Shown here in pieces: positions 29,350 through 40,976 of a stretch of 64,000 nt of DNA (the stretch's first letter is position 1; every line of letters begins with the position of its first letter). The notes under the pieces were generated by a model, which was not told the origin of the DNA, ran no database searches, and saw only the letters and a list, made by a program, of their open reading frames with translations. Made by a program: the position numbers and the translations under genes. Location: positions 462,659-526,658 of the forward strand of contig OY970186.1 of the NCBI GenBank assembly GCA_963708105.1, given 5' to 3'. This stretch comes from an uncultured Actinomycetes bacterium. GTDB lineage: Bacteria; Actinomycetota; Acidimicrobiia; IMCC26256; PALSA-610.

Positions 29350-29377
29350 CTGGGCCCGGCGCCTTTGCCGGGCCCAG
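29350..29377. terminator. Perfect 11-bp GC-rich hairpin between convergent genes (no U-tract).
   Basis: 'ctgggcccggc' / 'gccttt' / 'gccgggcccag'. It lies between the YciI-like stop (29316) and the bldC-like stop (29412). Confidence 0.4.
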
Positions 29378-29411
29378 ACAGGACTGTCCTGGAAGAACTC
29401 TTCAGCGACGC

Positions 29412-29609
29412 TTACGCGTCGGTGTTGATGGCTTCGACCGCGCGCCGCACCTCGGAGAGGCGGTAGCGGCGGTGTCCGCCCATCGTCTTGATCGCGCTCA
29501 GTCGGCCCGAGCGTGCCCAACGGGTGACCGTCTTGGCGTTCACACGGAACATGGCCGCGACTTCGGCCGGCGTCAGCAGCTTGTCGGCGTCTGCCTGATC
29601 GTTCGACAT
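29412..29609 (-). CDS. bldC: BldC-like MerR/excisionase-family DNA-binding protein.
   Basis: 'LLTPAEVAAMFRVNAKTVTRWARSGRLSAIKTMGGHRRYRLSEVR' is close to the actinobacterial BldC core. Start taken at the internal 'MSNDQADADK'. Confidence 0.8.
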   Translation of the reverse strand: MSNDQADADKLLTPAEVAAMFRVNAKTVTRWARSGRLSAIKTMGGHRRYRLSEVRRAVEAINTDA

Positions 29610-30005
29610 CGCGACACCTTCCCTTCGTTCGTACACGGTTCGTGATGTCCGCACTGATCGGCCGCTGATCGCGCAGATTCAGGGATTTCATTCACGAAGT
29701 GCCGAAAACGACACTCCGGCCCGAACCGACCCCACCCGCACAACGCCCGCAACCCTGGCCCCGCGGTCGGCAATTGGCCGCAGCATGTACTCCGGGTTTT
29801 CTGCGGATTACAACTCTTCACTCCTGCCCCACAGGCCCCACGAGCAAGTGCACTATCGGCCTGGGCGCTGTACGCTCACCGAGAGAGGCAGGACGGGTAC
29901 GAAGGGTCGAGCGGGCGGCTTTTCCGAACGGTAGCTGGGAGGCAACCGTGGCTGGAAGCCGAGAATTTCAGCGGTGAAAGCGCGCCGAAAGGGCGTGCCC
30001 CCGCA

Positions 30006-31153
30006 ATGATTTGCGGGATCGGCGCGGTCACCGCCTACGGGTGGGGCCGCGATCAACTCTGGGACGGCCTGGCCAGCGGCGAATCCGCAGTGGTTCGGTC
30101 GACGGGCTGGGAAGCCACGCTCGGCCACGACGTCGCCTACATGGGCAAGGTTCCCGAGATCCCGCACACCGATCCCCGCAGCCGCTTCGCCCGGGCCATG
30201 GAATCGGCGATGGACGAGGCGATCGACGACGCCCGCGTGCGGGGCTGGAAGCCGGGCCGCACCGTCGGCCTCATCCACGCGCATCGTGCTCGGCGAGGTC
30301 GACGCGTGGCGCGAGTTCTACATGGAACGCGACCGTCAGCTGACCAAGCGCGAATACCTGCAACTGATGCCGTCGACGATCGCTCTCGAACGCAGATGCA
30401 GCGCCACGGTTTCCACGGCCCGGCGATGTCGGTCACTGCGATGTGCGCGTCGGGCAACGCGGCGATGCTCACCGCCAAGATGTGGCTCGACGCCGGGTGT
30501 GGTCGACGACGTCGTCGTCGTCGCCACCGACATCTCGGGCACGACCGACAACATCCGCCACTTCGTCGATCTCGGCGTGCTCTACGTCGACCGGCCGCCG
30601 TTCGAGGCGTGCCGGCCGTTCCAGACCGACAGCCTCGGCTTCCTGCTCGGCGAGGCGTCGGTCGCCTTCGTCGTCTCCCGCCAGCCCGAGCCCGCCTACG
30701 TGAAGGTGCTCGGCGGCGCGATGACCCACGACGGCTTCCACGTGGTGTCGATCGATCCCGGAGTACAAGGAGGTCCGGCGCTGCTTCGAGCTCGCGCTCG
30801 TCGACGCCGGAGTCGACCGGGGCGAGGTCAAGTACCTGAACGCCCACGGGCCCGGCACCGCCCAGTGCGACGCGGCCGAGGCCGAGATGCTCGACAGCAT
30901 GTTCGAGGAGGCCGAGGGGATCTTCTCGGTCAAGCCGCTCACCGGGCCACTGCCAGGCGGCCTCTTCCGCGGTCGAGATCGCGGCCTCTTGCCTGGCCTA
31001 TCGAGTCCGGAACGATCTCGCGCCCCCCGCTCCGTGTCGCCCGGCCATCCCCGGCTCTTGTCCGGTCCGACCCCCCGTAAGCCCGGGATCATGCTCAAAT
31101 CGTCCATCGGGATGGGCGGGCACAACGCGGTGATCGTCCTCGACGACATGTGA
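30006..31153 (+). CDS. Beta-ketoacyl-ACP synthase (KAS I/II-like). Multiple frameshifts as assembled.
   Basis: 'GPAMSVTAMCASGNAAM' (active-site Cys), 'GFLLGEASVAFVV', 'YLNAHGPGT' (His) and C-terminal 'LKSSIGMGGHNAVIVLDDM'. Confidence 0.75.
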
Positions 31154-31242
31154 CGTTTTCTCCTGTACGCGTCAAGCGGCCCACAACGCCCTGTCGATAG
31201 GGATAACGACGGATTGAAGCGGGTCGCGAGGGAGAACTTCGG

Positions 31243-34156
31243 GTGGGCAGCACGCCGCACGCGGCGCGGCGGGACACAGCGCTGCGGGTCGTCGACGGGT
31301 CGGACACGCGTACGCACATGGCGTCCACGGCGACCGAGATCCGCCAATTGACCCGCGAGACGCTGCGGGTCGTCGGCTGGGAGTTCGAGCTCTCCAGCCG
31401 CGCCGCTGGCCTGGCACGCACCCATCGGATCGATCCTCGCCATCGCCGCCGCGCGACGGTCGTAACGGTCACGCCGAGCAACGGTTGCGAGCCCACTTCC
31501 GCCGACGTCGCCGAATGGCTCGTCGCCCCCATCGTCACCACCCTGCAAGCCGGCGCGCCGTGGCGCGACTACGAACTCCAGCAACGACTCGAGAGCACGA
31601 CCGGCGAGGTGCAGCACTTCTTGGTCCGCGCCCGCCAGGTGCGCCAGGACGGAAAGATCGTCGGCTGCGCCGGCGTGGTCGTCGACATCAGCGACCGCCA
31701 CTCGTCGAGTCGAACATCCGCGAGCTGATCGACCGTTACCGCCGGCTCGTCGACCTGAGCCCCGACGGCATCGTCGTGCACCAGGGCGGCCGCATCGTCT
31801 ACGCGAACCGCGCCGGGCATCGAGTGCGTCGGCGCGCGACTCGTCGACGACGTCGTCGGCCGTTCGATCATCGACTTCGTCCACCCCGACTCGCTCGGGC
31901 CCACGCTCGAACGCATCGGCCAACTCTCCGAAGACCATCCCGTTTCCGAACCCGCGGAAGCGACGCTCGTGCGCCTCGACGGTTCGCCGTGGGTCGTCGA
32001 ATCGGTCAGCGTGTTGACGCGTTGGGAGGGCGAGGACGCGTTCCAGGTGATCCTGCGCAACCTCACCGACCGCAAGCGCGCCGAAGCCGCGCTGCGCTAC
32101 CAGGCGAACCTCGTCGAGCACGTCTCCGACGCGATCATCGGCATCGACACGCACGGTCGCGTCGAGAGCTGGAACCGCGCCGCGGAGCTCATCTACGGCG
32201 TCCCGCACGAGCCGCGGTCATGGGCGCGCCGCTGCACGAGCTCGTCGGCCTGCCCGAAGGCTTCGGGGAAACGTCGGTGCGCGACATCGAGTCGCTGCAC
32301 CACCGCCACGACGGCAACACCGTGATCGTGCGTGCGTCGGTTACCGCAGATCTACGACGACGGTGGCGAACAGACCGGCTGGGTCATCGTGTGCGCCGAC
32401 ACGACCGAACGCCGCAAGGCCGAGGACGAACGGCGCGCGGTCGAGCAGCTGCACAGCACCGTGATCGAGGCGGTCGACGAGGGCATCGTCGTCGCCGACG
32501 CGAGCGGGATCGTCGCCGCGGCCAACCCGGCCGCGTTGCGCATCCTTCCGGGCGACGTCGAGATCGGCACGCGCCTCATCGACTGCATCGCCGGGCCCGA
32601 CGGCGCGATCGGCGCCGACCGGCGTCCGCTTGTCGCCGGTCGATCACCCGGTCGCGCGGGCGCTGGCCCGCAACGAGGCCATGCACGACGTGCTGATCGG
32701 CCTCGTCGACGGCGACGACGAACGCTGGCTCTCGCTGAGCTGCCGTCCGCTGCCCGCGACCTCGGGCGCGGCTGCGGGCACCGTGTGCTCCTTCGCCGAC
32801 GTCACCAAGGTCATCCACGCCCAGCAGGAGCTGAGCTACCGCGCGACGCACGACGAGCTCACCGGTCTCTGCAACCGCATGGTGTTCGTCGACAGCCTGC
32901 AGCACGCGCTCGCGCGCGGTCGCCGCATGCAGTCGAACACCGCGGTGCTGTTCATCGACCTCGACCGCTTCAAGCTCGTCAACGACACGCTCGGTCACGC
33001 GAGCGGCGACGAGGTGCTGACCGAGATCGCCAAGCGCCTGCAGGGCGCGACCCGCTCGATGGACCGCGTCGGCCGCATCGCCGGTGACGAGTTCATCGTG
33101 ATGTGCAACGACGTGACCGGGATCGAACCGGTCGCGCAGCGCGGCGGCCGAGCTCGAGCGAGTGATCTCCGAGCCGATCCGACTTCTCGAACGGCCGCCA
33201 GCCCGCATTGCACGCGAGCATCGGTATCGCGTTCGCGACCGGCGGCGACGGCGACGCCGAAGAGCTGCTGCGCGACGCGCACGTCGCCATGCGCCGGGCC
33301 AAGGAGCTCGGCGGCACCCAGATCGAGATCTTCGACGACGACCTGCGCGTGCAGGCCGAGCGCCGCCGTCAGCTCGAGCTCGGCTGCGGGCCGCGATCGA
33401 GAACGACCAGATCGACGTGCACTTCCAGCCGATCGTCGTCGGTCACGCACGCCCCGCATCCTCGGCGTGGAGGCGCTCGCCCGCTTCAACCACCCCGAGC
33501 TCGGTTCGATCCCGCCCGACCGAGTTCATCCGCGTCGCCGAGGAGACCGACCTCATCCTCTCGCTCGGCATCGCGGTGCTCGGCAAGGCGTGCACGCAGG
33601 CCGCGTACGTGGCGCGCCAACGACCCCGCCGCCGCCGACCTCTACGTGTCGGTGAACCTCTCGGCCCGCCAGCTCTACGACCCGCAACTCGTCGACGCAG
33701 GTCGCCGGCGTGCTGCGCACGACCGGCCTCGAACCCGACGCGCTCTGGCTCGAGATCACCGAGAGCGTGTTGATGGACGACGCGCCGACCGCGGCGCGCA
33801 TCTTCGCCGAGCTGCGCGACGCTCGGCGTTCACCTCGTCGTCGACGACTTCGGCACCGGCTACTCGTCGCTCGCGTACCTGCAGGCGTTCCCGGTCGAGA
33901 TGCTGAAGATCGACCGCTCGTTCGTCATGGGCCTCGACGAAGACGACAGCAGCGAAGCGATCGTGCGCGCGGTCATCAGCCTCGCGGGCTCGCTGAAGCT
34001 GCGGGTCGTCGCCGAAGGCGTCGAGCACATGGACGCAACTCGAACGCCTGCGACCAACTCGGGTGCGACTCGTTCCAGGGTTAGCTCTGCAGCCCGGCCC
34101 GGCCCGCGGCGGAGCTCGACTTCGCGGTCGTCACTCTGGAGGAGGTCGTCAGTTGA
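31243..34156 (+). CDS. Multi-PAS GGDEF-EAL c-di-GMP signalling protein. Many frameshifts as assembled.
   Basis: PAS-like repeats include '[21 protein letters not shown]', '[22 protein letters not shown]' and '[22 protein letters not shown]'. GGDEF region '[10 protein letters not shown]...[10 protein letters not shown]'. EAL region '[10 protein letters not shown]', '[15 protein letters not shown]' and 'LKIDRSFV'. Confidence 0.8.
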
Positions 34157-35424
34157 CCGACCTCCGCTCTCCGAGCTGCCGACCGCGCTCGTCCGCGTCT
34201 CTGCCCGACCTCATCGCGGTCATCGACGCGTCGGGTGTGCTGCTCGTACGCGAGCCCGGCGGCCGAGGCGATGCTCGGCTACGCGCCGAACGGGCTCGTC
34301 GGGGTCAACGCGTTCGATCTCGTGCATCCGGTCGACCAGGTCAGCGCGCTCGAGGGTTTCGCGTCGACGATGAGCTCGTCCGACTCCCGCGCGCTGCCGT
34401 TGCTTGATCCGCTTGCGCCACACCGACGGCTCGTGGCTCGAGACGGAGATCATCGGCACCAATCACCTCGACCGATCCCGAGATCGAGGGCGTGGTCCTC
34501 AACATCCGCGACGTCTCCGACAGCATGCGCACCGAAGACGCACTGCGCATCAGCGAGGAGCGCTACCGGCTGATCGTCGAGCTCGCCCGCGAAGGCATCT
34601 GCATGATGGACGCGCGACGGCCACACGACGTACGCCAACCACACGCTCGCCGACCTGCTCGGCACGACGGTGAACGAGTTGCTCGGCGGATGCCTGTTCG
34701 ACTTCGTCGAGCGACGAGCGACCGGGCCGAGGCCGCAGGTCCGCATCGACGGCGCGGGCGACGAGGCTCGACGACGCGGCGACATCCAGCTCCGTGACGC
34801 TCGACGGCCGGCGTCGTGTGGGCCCGGCTTCGTTCGAGCGCGGTGCGCCTGCACGACGGCACCTACCTCGGCGCGATCGTGTTCGTCGCCGACGTGACCG
34901 AACGCCGCGAGCTCGAACAACGTCTCGCCGAAGAGGCGCGGCGCGATCCACTCACCGGCGTCGCCAATCGCAAGGAGCTGTTCGAGGTGCTCTCCCCGAT
35001 CCTCGAACAAGGGACCTTGACCGCGGCGCTCTACGTCGACCTCGACGGGTTCAAGGAAGTCAACGACCGATTCGGGCACACCCTCGGCGACGAGCTGTTG
35101 TGCAGCGTCGCGGCCCGCATGCGCGGCGCGATCCGCGGTATCGACACCGTGGCCCGCGTCGGCGGCGACGAGTTCGTCGTGATCTGCCGCGACCTCGAGT
35201 CGACCGAAGAGGCCGTCGCCATCGGCACCCGTGTGCGCGAGACGCTGGAGATGCCGTTCGGCCTCGTGGTCGGTTCTGTGCAGATCGACTCCAGCATCGG
35301 CATCGCGTTCGGCCGCACCCCCGACGCCGACAACCTCCTCGCCCGCGCCGACCAGGCCCTCTACCGCGCCAAGCGCAAAGGCCGCGGCCGCATCGAGATC
35401 ACCTTCGAAAACGCCGCCGCCTAG
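34153..35424 (+). CDS. PAS-PAS-GGDEF diguanylate cyclase. Frameshifted; start uncertain.
   Basis: '[15 protein letters not shown]', '[19 protein letters not shown]', '[21 protein letters not shown]', then '[13 protein letters not shown]...[21 protein letters not shown]...[11 protein letters not shown]...[14 protein letters not shown]'. Confidence 0.75.
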
Positions 35425-35485
35425 TTGGCAGCGTTTCCGACTCATGGAGTCGGTTTCCCTGCCATCAGATGGCAGGGTTTCCGGT

Positions 35486-35941
35486 TCATGCGATCGGTTT
35501 TGCTGCCAACGCGGGGCGGGGCGGGTGCCTGACATCCAGACGGGGGTGGTGTCGACGGCGGCGAAGCGCCAGCCCGCGGGTGTGCGCACGACGTCGAAGC
35601 CGTACACCTGACCGACCATGTACTGCACGGGCGGCGCGATGTCGGCGGGGTCGGCCGGGGCGAAGCTGCCGACGAGGTTGGCAGCGCACGTGGGCGCGAT
35701 CACCGTCGAGATCGACCAGCACGTTCGTGATGACGTGCTGCACGTTGAGGTCCGGCCCGTGGTTGCGTTCGGCCTGAGCCACCACCGCGTCGCGACCCTG
35801 CGCAACGCCGCCGGGCGTACGGGCAGTCGCGTTTTCGACGAACAGTTCGGGCATCTCGGTGAATCGGCCTTCGTCGAGCACGACTCCGAGTCGCGAAACG
35901 AGATCGGCAATCTCCAGGCGGTCGATCAGTACATCGCTCAT
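35486..35941 (-). CDS. SnoaL-like/NTF2-fold protein, frameshifted.
   Basis: 'MSDVLIDRLEIADLVSRLGVVLDEGRFTEMPELFVENATARTPGG...NVQHVITNVLVDLDGDRAHVR', continuing in another frame as 'ANLVGSFAP...YGFDVVRTPAGWRF'. Confidence 0.55.
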   Translation of the reverse strand: MSDVLIDRLEIADLVSRLGVVLDEGRFTEMPELFVENATARTPGGVAQGRDAVVAQAERNHGPDLNVQHVITNVLVDLDGDRAHVRCQPRRQLRPGRPRRHRAARAVHGRSGVRLRRRAHTRGLALRRRRHHPRLDVRHPPRPALAAKPIA

Positions 35942-36036
35942 CGCTCTCCTCTATCCGTTGGGTCCGCCAATGTTGGCGTGACCAACGATAGCAGAGATCG
36001 TGGGTGGCGCCAACGAACTTTGGTACCGTCGCGTAC

Positions 36037-36478
36037 ATGGAGAACAGCCCCGCCCGGTTGCGGACCCTGCCTACCTGGCTGATCAATCAGGCCGCGCTGC
36101 CCGGCAACCGGCTTGTCGCCGACGGGTTCGGCGCGAGTCGGGATGCGTCGCCATCACTACTCGCTCTTGACCACCCTCGACGACGGCGGTCCCGCCAGTC
36201 AGGCCGACCTCGGGCGTCGCATCTCGCTCGATCGCAGCGACATGGTCGCGACGGTCAACGATCTCGTCGACCAAGGATTCGTCGAACGGGCAACCGACCC
36301 CACCGACGGTCGCCGCAACGTCGTCAGCATCACCGCCGCGGGCCGACGCGAGCTGCGCAAGCTCGACCGCATCGTTGCCGCATGTCAGGACGAACTGCTC
36401 GCCCCACTCTCGGCCGCCGAACGCAAACAGCTCGTCCGCCTACTGACCCGCGTCGTCGACCACCACGCCAGCACCTAG
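36037..36478 (+). CDS. MarR-family transcriptional regulator. One frameshift near 36130.
   Basis: 'HHYSLLTTLDDGGPASQADLGRRISLDRSDMVATVNDLVDQGFVERATDPTDGRRNVVSITAAGRREL'. Confidence 0.8.
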
Positions 36479-36963
36479 TTGGCGGGGGGTGCCATGAGCT
36501 CGACGCGGGCGCCGTCGGGGTCGGCGACGAAGACGACCTCGTAGCCGAGCTGGGCGCGCGTCGTCGTCAGCACCGTGCCGCCCAGGGTCGCGAGTTCGCG
36601 CGGCGACCGTGTCGACGTCGTCGACGAAGAACGACAGGTGCGTGAAGCCGATCTGGCCCCGCGATCGGCGACGGCGCACCCGTCGCGACTCGGTTCGGCG
36701 AAGTGCAGCAGCTCGATCTTCAGCTCGCCGTTCGTGATCATCTGCGACCGCAGCTTCACCGGGCTCGACACCTCGAGCGCCCGGTCGATCCCGACGAGCA
36801 TCTTCTCGTCGAGGTCGTAGCCCTCGGCCTGCGTGAACCCGAGCCCGTCGCAGTAGAAGCGCAACGACCGTTCGAGATCGGCGACACAGAGTCCGAGATG
36901 CGACGGGCGTGCGGTCGCGTGCGTCGGACATAGGCAGACGGCCGCCCGATAGGCGCCTGGCAT
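36475..36963 (-). CDS. VOC/glyoxalase-family protein. Internal frameshifts.
   Basis: 'PSHLGLCVADLERSLRFYCDGLGF', 'IGFTHLSFFVDDVD' (other frame) and 'GYEVVFVADPDGARVELM'. Confidence 0.7.
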   Translation of the reverse strand: MPGAYRAAVCLCPTHATARPSHLGLCVADLERSLRFYCDGLGFTQAEGYDLDEKMLVGIDRALEVSSPVKLRSQMITNGELKIELLHFAEPSRDGCAVADRGARSASRTCRSSSTTSTRSPRELATLGGTVLTTTRAQLGYEVVFVADPDGARVELMAPPAN

Positions 36964-36971
36964 GATCGACG

Positions 36972-38527
36972 GTGATGGCCGCCGCCGCGACCGACGAACA
37001 ACTGGATCCGCGGCGCTGGTTCGCGGCGTCGATCGCGATCGTCTCGGTCGCGATCCCGGTGCTCGACAACACGATCTTGAACCTCGCGGTCCCCACGATC
37101 CTGCGCGAGTTCCACACGCAGCTGTCGAGCCTGCAGTGGGTGATCACCGGCTACTCGCTGACGTTCGCGACGCTGCTGATCATCGGCGGCCGCCTCGGCG
37201 ACATCTTCGGCCACCGGCGCATGTTCGTGCATCGGCGCGACGCATCTTCGGCGTCGGGTCGTTCCTCGCGTCGATCTCGACCTCGGTGCCGACGCTGTTC
37301 GTCGGCGAAGCGCTGATCGAGGGCATCGGCGCGTCGATGATGATCCCCGCGACGCTGTCGATCCTCTCGACCACGTTCACCGGCGCGGAACGACCCAAGG
37401 CGTTCGCGGCGTGGGGCGCGGTCGCGGGCGCGTCGGTCGCGTTCGGCCCGATCCTCGGCGGCTTCCTCACCACCGAGTACTCGTGGCGTTGGGGCTTCCG
37501 CATCAACGTGATCCTCGCCCCGATCATCGTGCATCGGCGCGTTCGTGTTCATGCAGCCCGACGTGCGCGGCGAACGGCGCCCGCACATCGACGTGCGCGG
37601 GCTCGGCCCTCATCGCGCTCGGTTCGTTCAGCTTGATCTTCGGGCTGAGCGAGGGCACCACCTACGGATGGTGGAAGCCGATCAAGGACCTGACGATCGG
37701 GAGCTGGAACGTGTGGCCCGCGACCCGTGCCGATCTCGATCATCCCGTTCGCGTTCCTGCTCTCGCGATCGTCGTCTTCACCGTGTTCGTCGCTGATCGA
37801 GCGGGCGATGGAACGCGCCGACAACGACCCGCTGTTCGAGTTCGGCCAGCTCCGCCACCTCGGGTTCCGCTACGGACTGCTGACCACGATGGTGCTGGCG
37901 ATGGGCCAGTTCGGATTGCTCTTCATCCTCCCGATGCTGTTGCAGAACGGCGAGCACTTCACCGCGCTCGCACCGGCGAGTGGATGCTGCCGCAGGGCAT
38001 CCTCATCGCGGTCGCCGCGCCGATCGCCGGCCGCCTGACCCGCTCGGTCAGCATCACGAGCATCGTGCGCAGCGGGCTCGCGCTCGAAGTCGATCGGCCT
38101 CTTCTCGGTGGCGCTGGCGATCGCGCCGCACACGTCACGTTCCTCGCGCTGCTGCCGGGCATGATCGATCTTCGGGCTCGGCGTCGGATTCGCGAGCTCG
38201 CAGCTGACGAACGTGATCCTCTCCGACATCGAGCCGGAGAAGGCGGGCGTGGCGAGCGGCGCGAACACGACGGTGCGTCAGGTCGGCCTCGCGCTCGGCA
38301 TCGCGACGTTCGCGTCGTTCATCGACGCGTCGACCCAGACCGGCGGATCACCGACTGCGGTCGCGAACGGCGCCCGGCCCGCGATGTTCTTCGCGGCGGC
38401 GGTGGTGGCGTTCGGCGCCGGGCTGTCGTTCCTCATCCCCCACGTCACCGTCGCGCACGCAGCTCCGTCGCCGAGGACGTCGGTCGGCGCGCTTCGAGTC
38501 GATCGACGTCGACGTGACGTGACGTAG
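36972..38527 (+). CDS. MFS transporter, DHA2 (EmrB/QacA-like, 14-TM) family. Multiple frameshifts.
   Basis: 'LDNTILNLAVPTILREF', 'WVITGYSLTFATLLIIGGRLGDIFGHRR', 'GASMMIPATLSIL' and 'WRWGFRINV'. Confidence 0.8.
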
Positions 38528-38542
38528 CCGTTGCTGGCGCCG

Positions 38543-39742
38543 TTACGCGTGCGCAGGCGGATCGGGAGCGACTTCAGCGCGTTGTTGAGGTTCGAACGGA
38601 CGCGCACGGGCTCGCCGGTCATCTCGATCGTCGGGAACGTCGCCAGCAGCTCCTCGAAGAACACGCGGCCTTCGAGCCGGGCGAGGTGCACGCCGAGACA
38701 GAAGTGCTCGGCGATGCCGAACGACAGATGCGGGTTCGGCGACCGGCGGATGTCGAAGCGCTGCGGGTCGTCGAACACGTCCTCGTCGCGGTTCGCCGAC
38801 GTGTAGAACATCACGACCTTGTCGCCCGCCGCGATCTCGATGTCGCCGCAGCTCGCGTGTCGGCGGTGGCCGTGCGCCGGAAGTAGTGCAGCGGGTTCTC
38901 GTAGCGCAGGATCTCCTCGACCGCGCCCGGCGACGAGCGTGGGGTCGGCGCGCAGCTCCGCGAGCTGGTCGGGATGGTCGAGCAGCGCCGCGCAGGCCCG
39001 ACGACAGCATCGTCTTCGTGGTGTCGTTGCCCGCGGTGACGAGCTGCACGAAGAAGCTGCCGAAGTCGAGGTCGGTCATGTAGCGTGCCGTTGAAGTCGG
39101 TCTCGAGCAGCAGCGTCGTGAGGTCTTCGCGCGGCTCCTCGTGCGGCGCCGACGCCGCGAACTGGATCGCGTACATCGCCATGTCGATCGTGCCCTGCGA
39201 CACGTCCGACTGCGTAGTCGGAGTCCTGGCCGCTCGTGTTCATCTCCGCGAGCCGGTGGATGAACGGCAGGTCTTCGGCGCGGCAGACCCATCAGCTGGC
39301 CGATCACGCGCGACGGCAACGTCGACGTGACGTCGTGCACGAACTCGACGTCGCCCTTCGCCGCGGCCTCGGCCATGATCTCGCGACAGATCTCGCGGAT
39401 CTGATCTTCCATGTTCGCGATGACGCGCGCCTTGAAGCGCGGCGCGATCGGGCGGCGGTAGTCGACGTGGCGGGGCGGATCCATCGCCAGCAGCATGTTG
39501 CGCATCATCTCGAGCTGCTCCGGCGCGAGGTTCTCGAGCATCACGCCGCCCTCGCTCGCGGAGAACAGGTTCGGCTCCCGCGCGACGTGCACGACGTCGG
39601 CGTGCTTGAGCACCATCCAGTAGCCGGGCTCGTCGGCCATCTCCTGGAAGTACACGGGCTGCGTGCGCCGCAACTCCGCGAGCACTTCGTGCGGCGGCGC
39701 GGCGACGTAGGCGTCGGGGTCGTAGAGATCGACGATCGCCAC
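38543..39742 (-). CDS. Cytochrome P450. Frameshifted; the 3' end is approximate.
   Basis: Heme loop 'HLSFGIAEHFCLGVHLARLE', I-helix 'LVTAGNDTTKT', ExxR 'VEEILRYENP', N-terminus 'VAIVDLYDPDAYVAAPPHEVLAELR'. Confidence 0.8.
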   Translation of the reverse strand: MAIVDLYDPDAYVAAPPHEVLAELRRTQPVYFQEMADEPGYWMVLKHADVVHVAREPNLFSASEGGVMLENLAPEQLEMMRNMLLAMDPPRHVDYRRPIAPRFKARVIANMEDQIREICREIMAEAAAKGDVEFVHDVTSTLPSRVIGQLMGLPRRRPAVHPPARGDEHERPGLRLRSRTCRRARSTWRCTRSSSRRRRRTRSRAKTSRRCCSRPTSTARYMTDLDFGSFFVQLVTAGNDTTKTMLSSGLRGAARPSRPARGAARRPHARRRARSRRSCATRTRCTTSGARPPPTRELRRHRDRGGRQGRDVLHVGEPRRGRVRRPAALRHPPVAEPASVVRHRRALLSRRAPRPARRPRVLRGAAGDVPDDRDDRRARARPFEPQQRAEVAPDPPAHA

Positions 39743-40200
39743 TAGTCGACCAGCACGTTCGGCCGGGGCAGCCCCATCTGCTCGCACATCGCGAGATAGA
39801 ACGCGAGCGAACCCGCGCCGTCGGCGACGCTCTCGACGTTGTCGTCGGCGTCGAGGTTCAGGTTCACGCCGTACATGTGGAACCACACCCGGGTGTTGTC
39901 CTCGATGCACTGCAGCGTGTGCACCGAACCGGCGGGCTCGTACAGGAACGACCCGGCCCGGTTGACGTAGTCGTACTCCTTGTACTTCCACGCGCCCGAG
40001 GTCGTGTAGCCCCAGACCGGACCGGTGTGGCGGTGCTTCTGCACCTCGTAGCCGGCCTGGAAGATGTTCTCGACGATCCAGAGGCCTTCCTTCTCCTTGA
40101 CCTGGATCACCTTGAGCAGGCTGCCGTCGCCGATGTCGACGAAGGGCAGGTCGTCGCCACCGATGTGGACGGCGTGGGGTGCGGAATCGATCAGGGCCAT
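39742..40200 (-). CDS. Cupin-domain protein (2,4'-dihydroxyacetophenone dioxygenase-like).
   Basis: Intact 152-aa ORF with 'QKHRHTGPVWGYTTSGAWKYKEYD...GSFLYEPAGSVHTL'. Coupled to the P450 start (TAGTG). Confidence 0.65.
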   Translation of the reverse strand: MALIDSAPHAVHIGGDDLPFVDIGDGSLLKVIQVKEKEGLWIVENIFQAGYEVQKHRHTGPVWGYTTSGAWKYKEYDYVNRAGSFLYEPAGSVHTLQCIEDNTRVWFHMYGVNLNLDADDNVESVADGAGSLAFYLAMCEQMGLPRPNVLVD

Positions 40201-40232
40201 GACGTGCCTCCGACTCGGGACATCACTGTTCG

Positions 40233-40975
40233 GTGCGAGAGACTAGACCCGTTGTGACGCTCTTACGACCGCGTTGGGTCGCCGGCCATCTGCTCGTGCT
40301 GGTGCTCACCGTCAGCTTCATCGCCCTCGGCTTCTGGCAACTCGCCCGCAACCACCACAAACAAGCGTTGGTGCGCCGAGGCCCAGGCCGCGTACGCGGC
40401 GCCCGCGCCCGACGTCGCGGGCGCGACGCGCTCGCCGGCGGCGGTCGGGCCCAGGCCGCCGGGCACTACGACACCGCGCACGAAGTCGCTGCTGCGCAAC
40501 CAGGTGCACGACGGCAACGACGGCGACGACGTGCTCACTCCGCTGCGTGCTCGCCGACGGCACCGCGGTGCTCGTCGACCGCGGGTGGATGCCGGCGTCG
40601 GCGGCCGAACGCGCCGGCTCGCGACCGTCGCCGCGACCGGGTCCGGTGGTGGTGCACGGGCTCGTGCAACACGTCGAGCGCGTTGAGCGCGCAGGACGCG
40701 GTGACGACCATCGCGGGCGACAGCTCGTCGCTCCCCCGCGTCGACCTGACGCGGATCGGCAGCGGCGCTGCCCTACCAGCTGCAGCCCGTGCTGGCTCGA
40801 AGCGCAGGCGCAGACGCCCGCGCCCGGCAAGCGGCGCGCCCGCTGCTCCCGCAACCGCCGCCGCCCGACCAGGTGAACCACATGGAGTACACGATCGAGT
40901 GGTTCTCGTTCGCGCTGATCGGCATCATCGGTTGGCCGGTCGCGCTCGCTCGGCTTCTCCCGCCGCCGCGGCGGC
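40233..40975 (+). CDS. SURF1-family protein. Frameshifted; the 3' end is approximate.
   Basis: 'LLRPRWVAGHLLVLVLTVSFIALGFWQLARNHHK' and C-terminal 'NHMEYTIEWFSFALIGIIGWPV'. Confidence 0.65.
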
Positions 40976-40976
40976 T

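Noticed and set aside
29840-30005. A possible SAM-IV, cobalamin or ZTP riboswitch upstream of the KAS gene, suggested by fragments such as 'GGCAACC', 'GCGGUGAAAG' and 'GUGCCCC'.
   Set aside because: The core conserved boxes of those classes are absent. Only short chance similarities remain, and the downstream gene does not fit their usual regulons.
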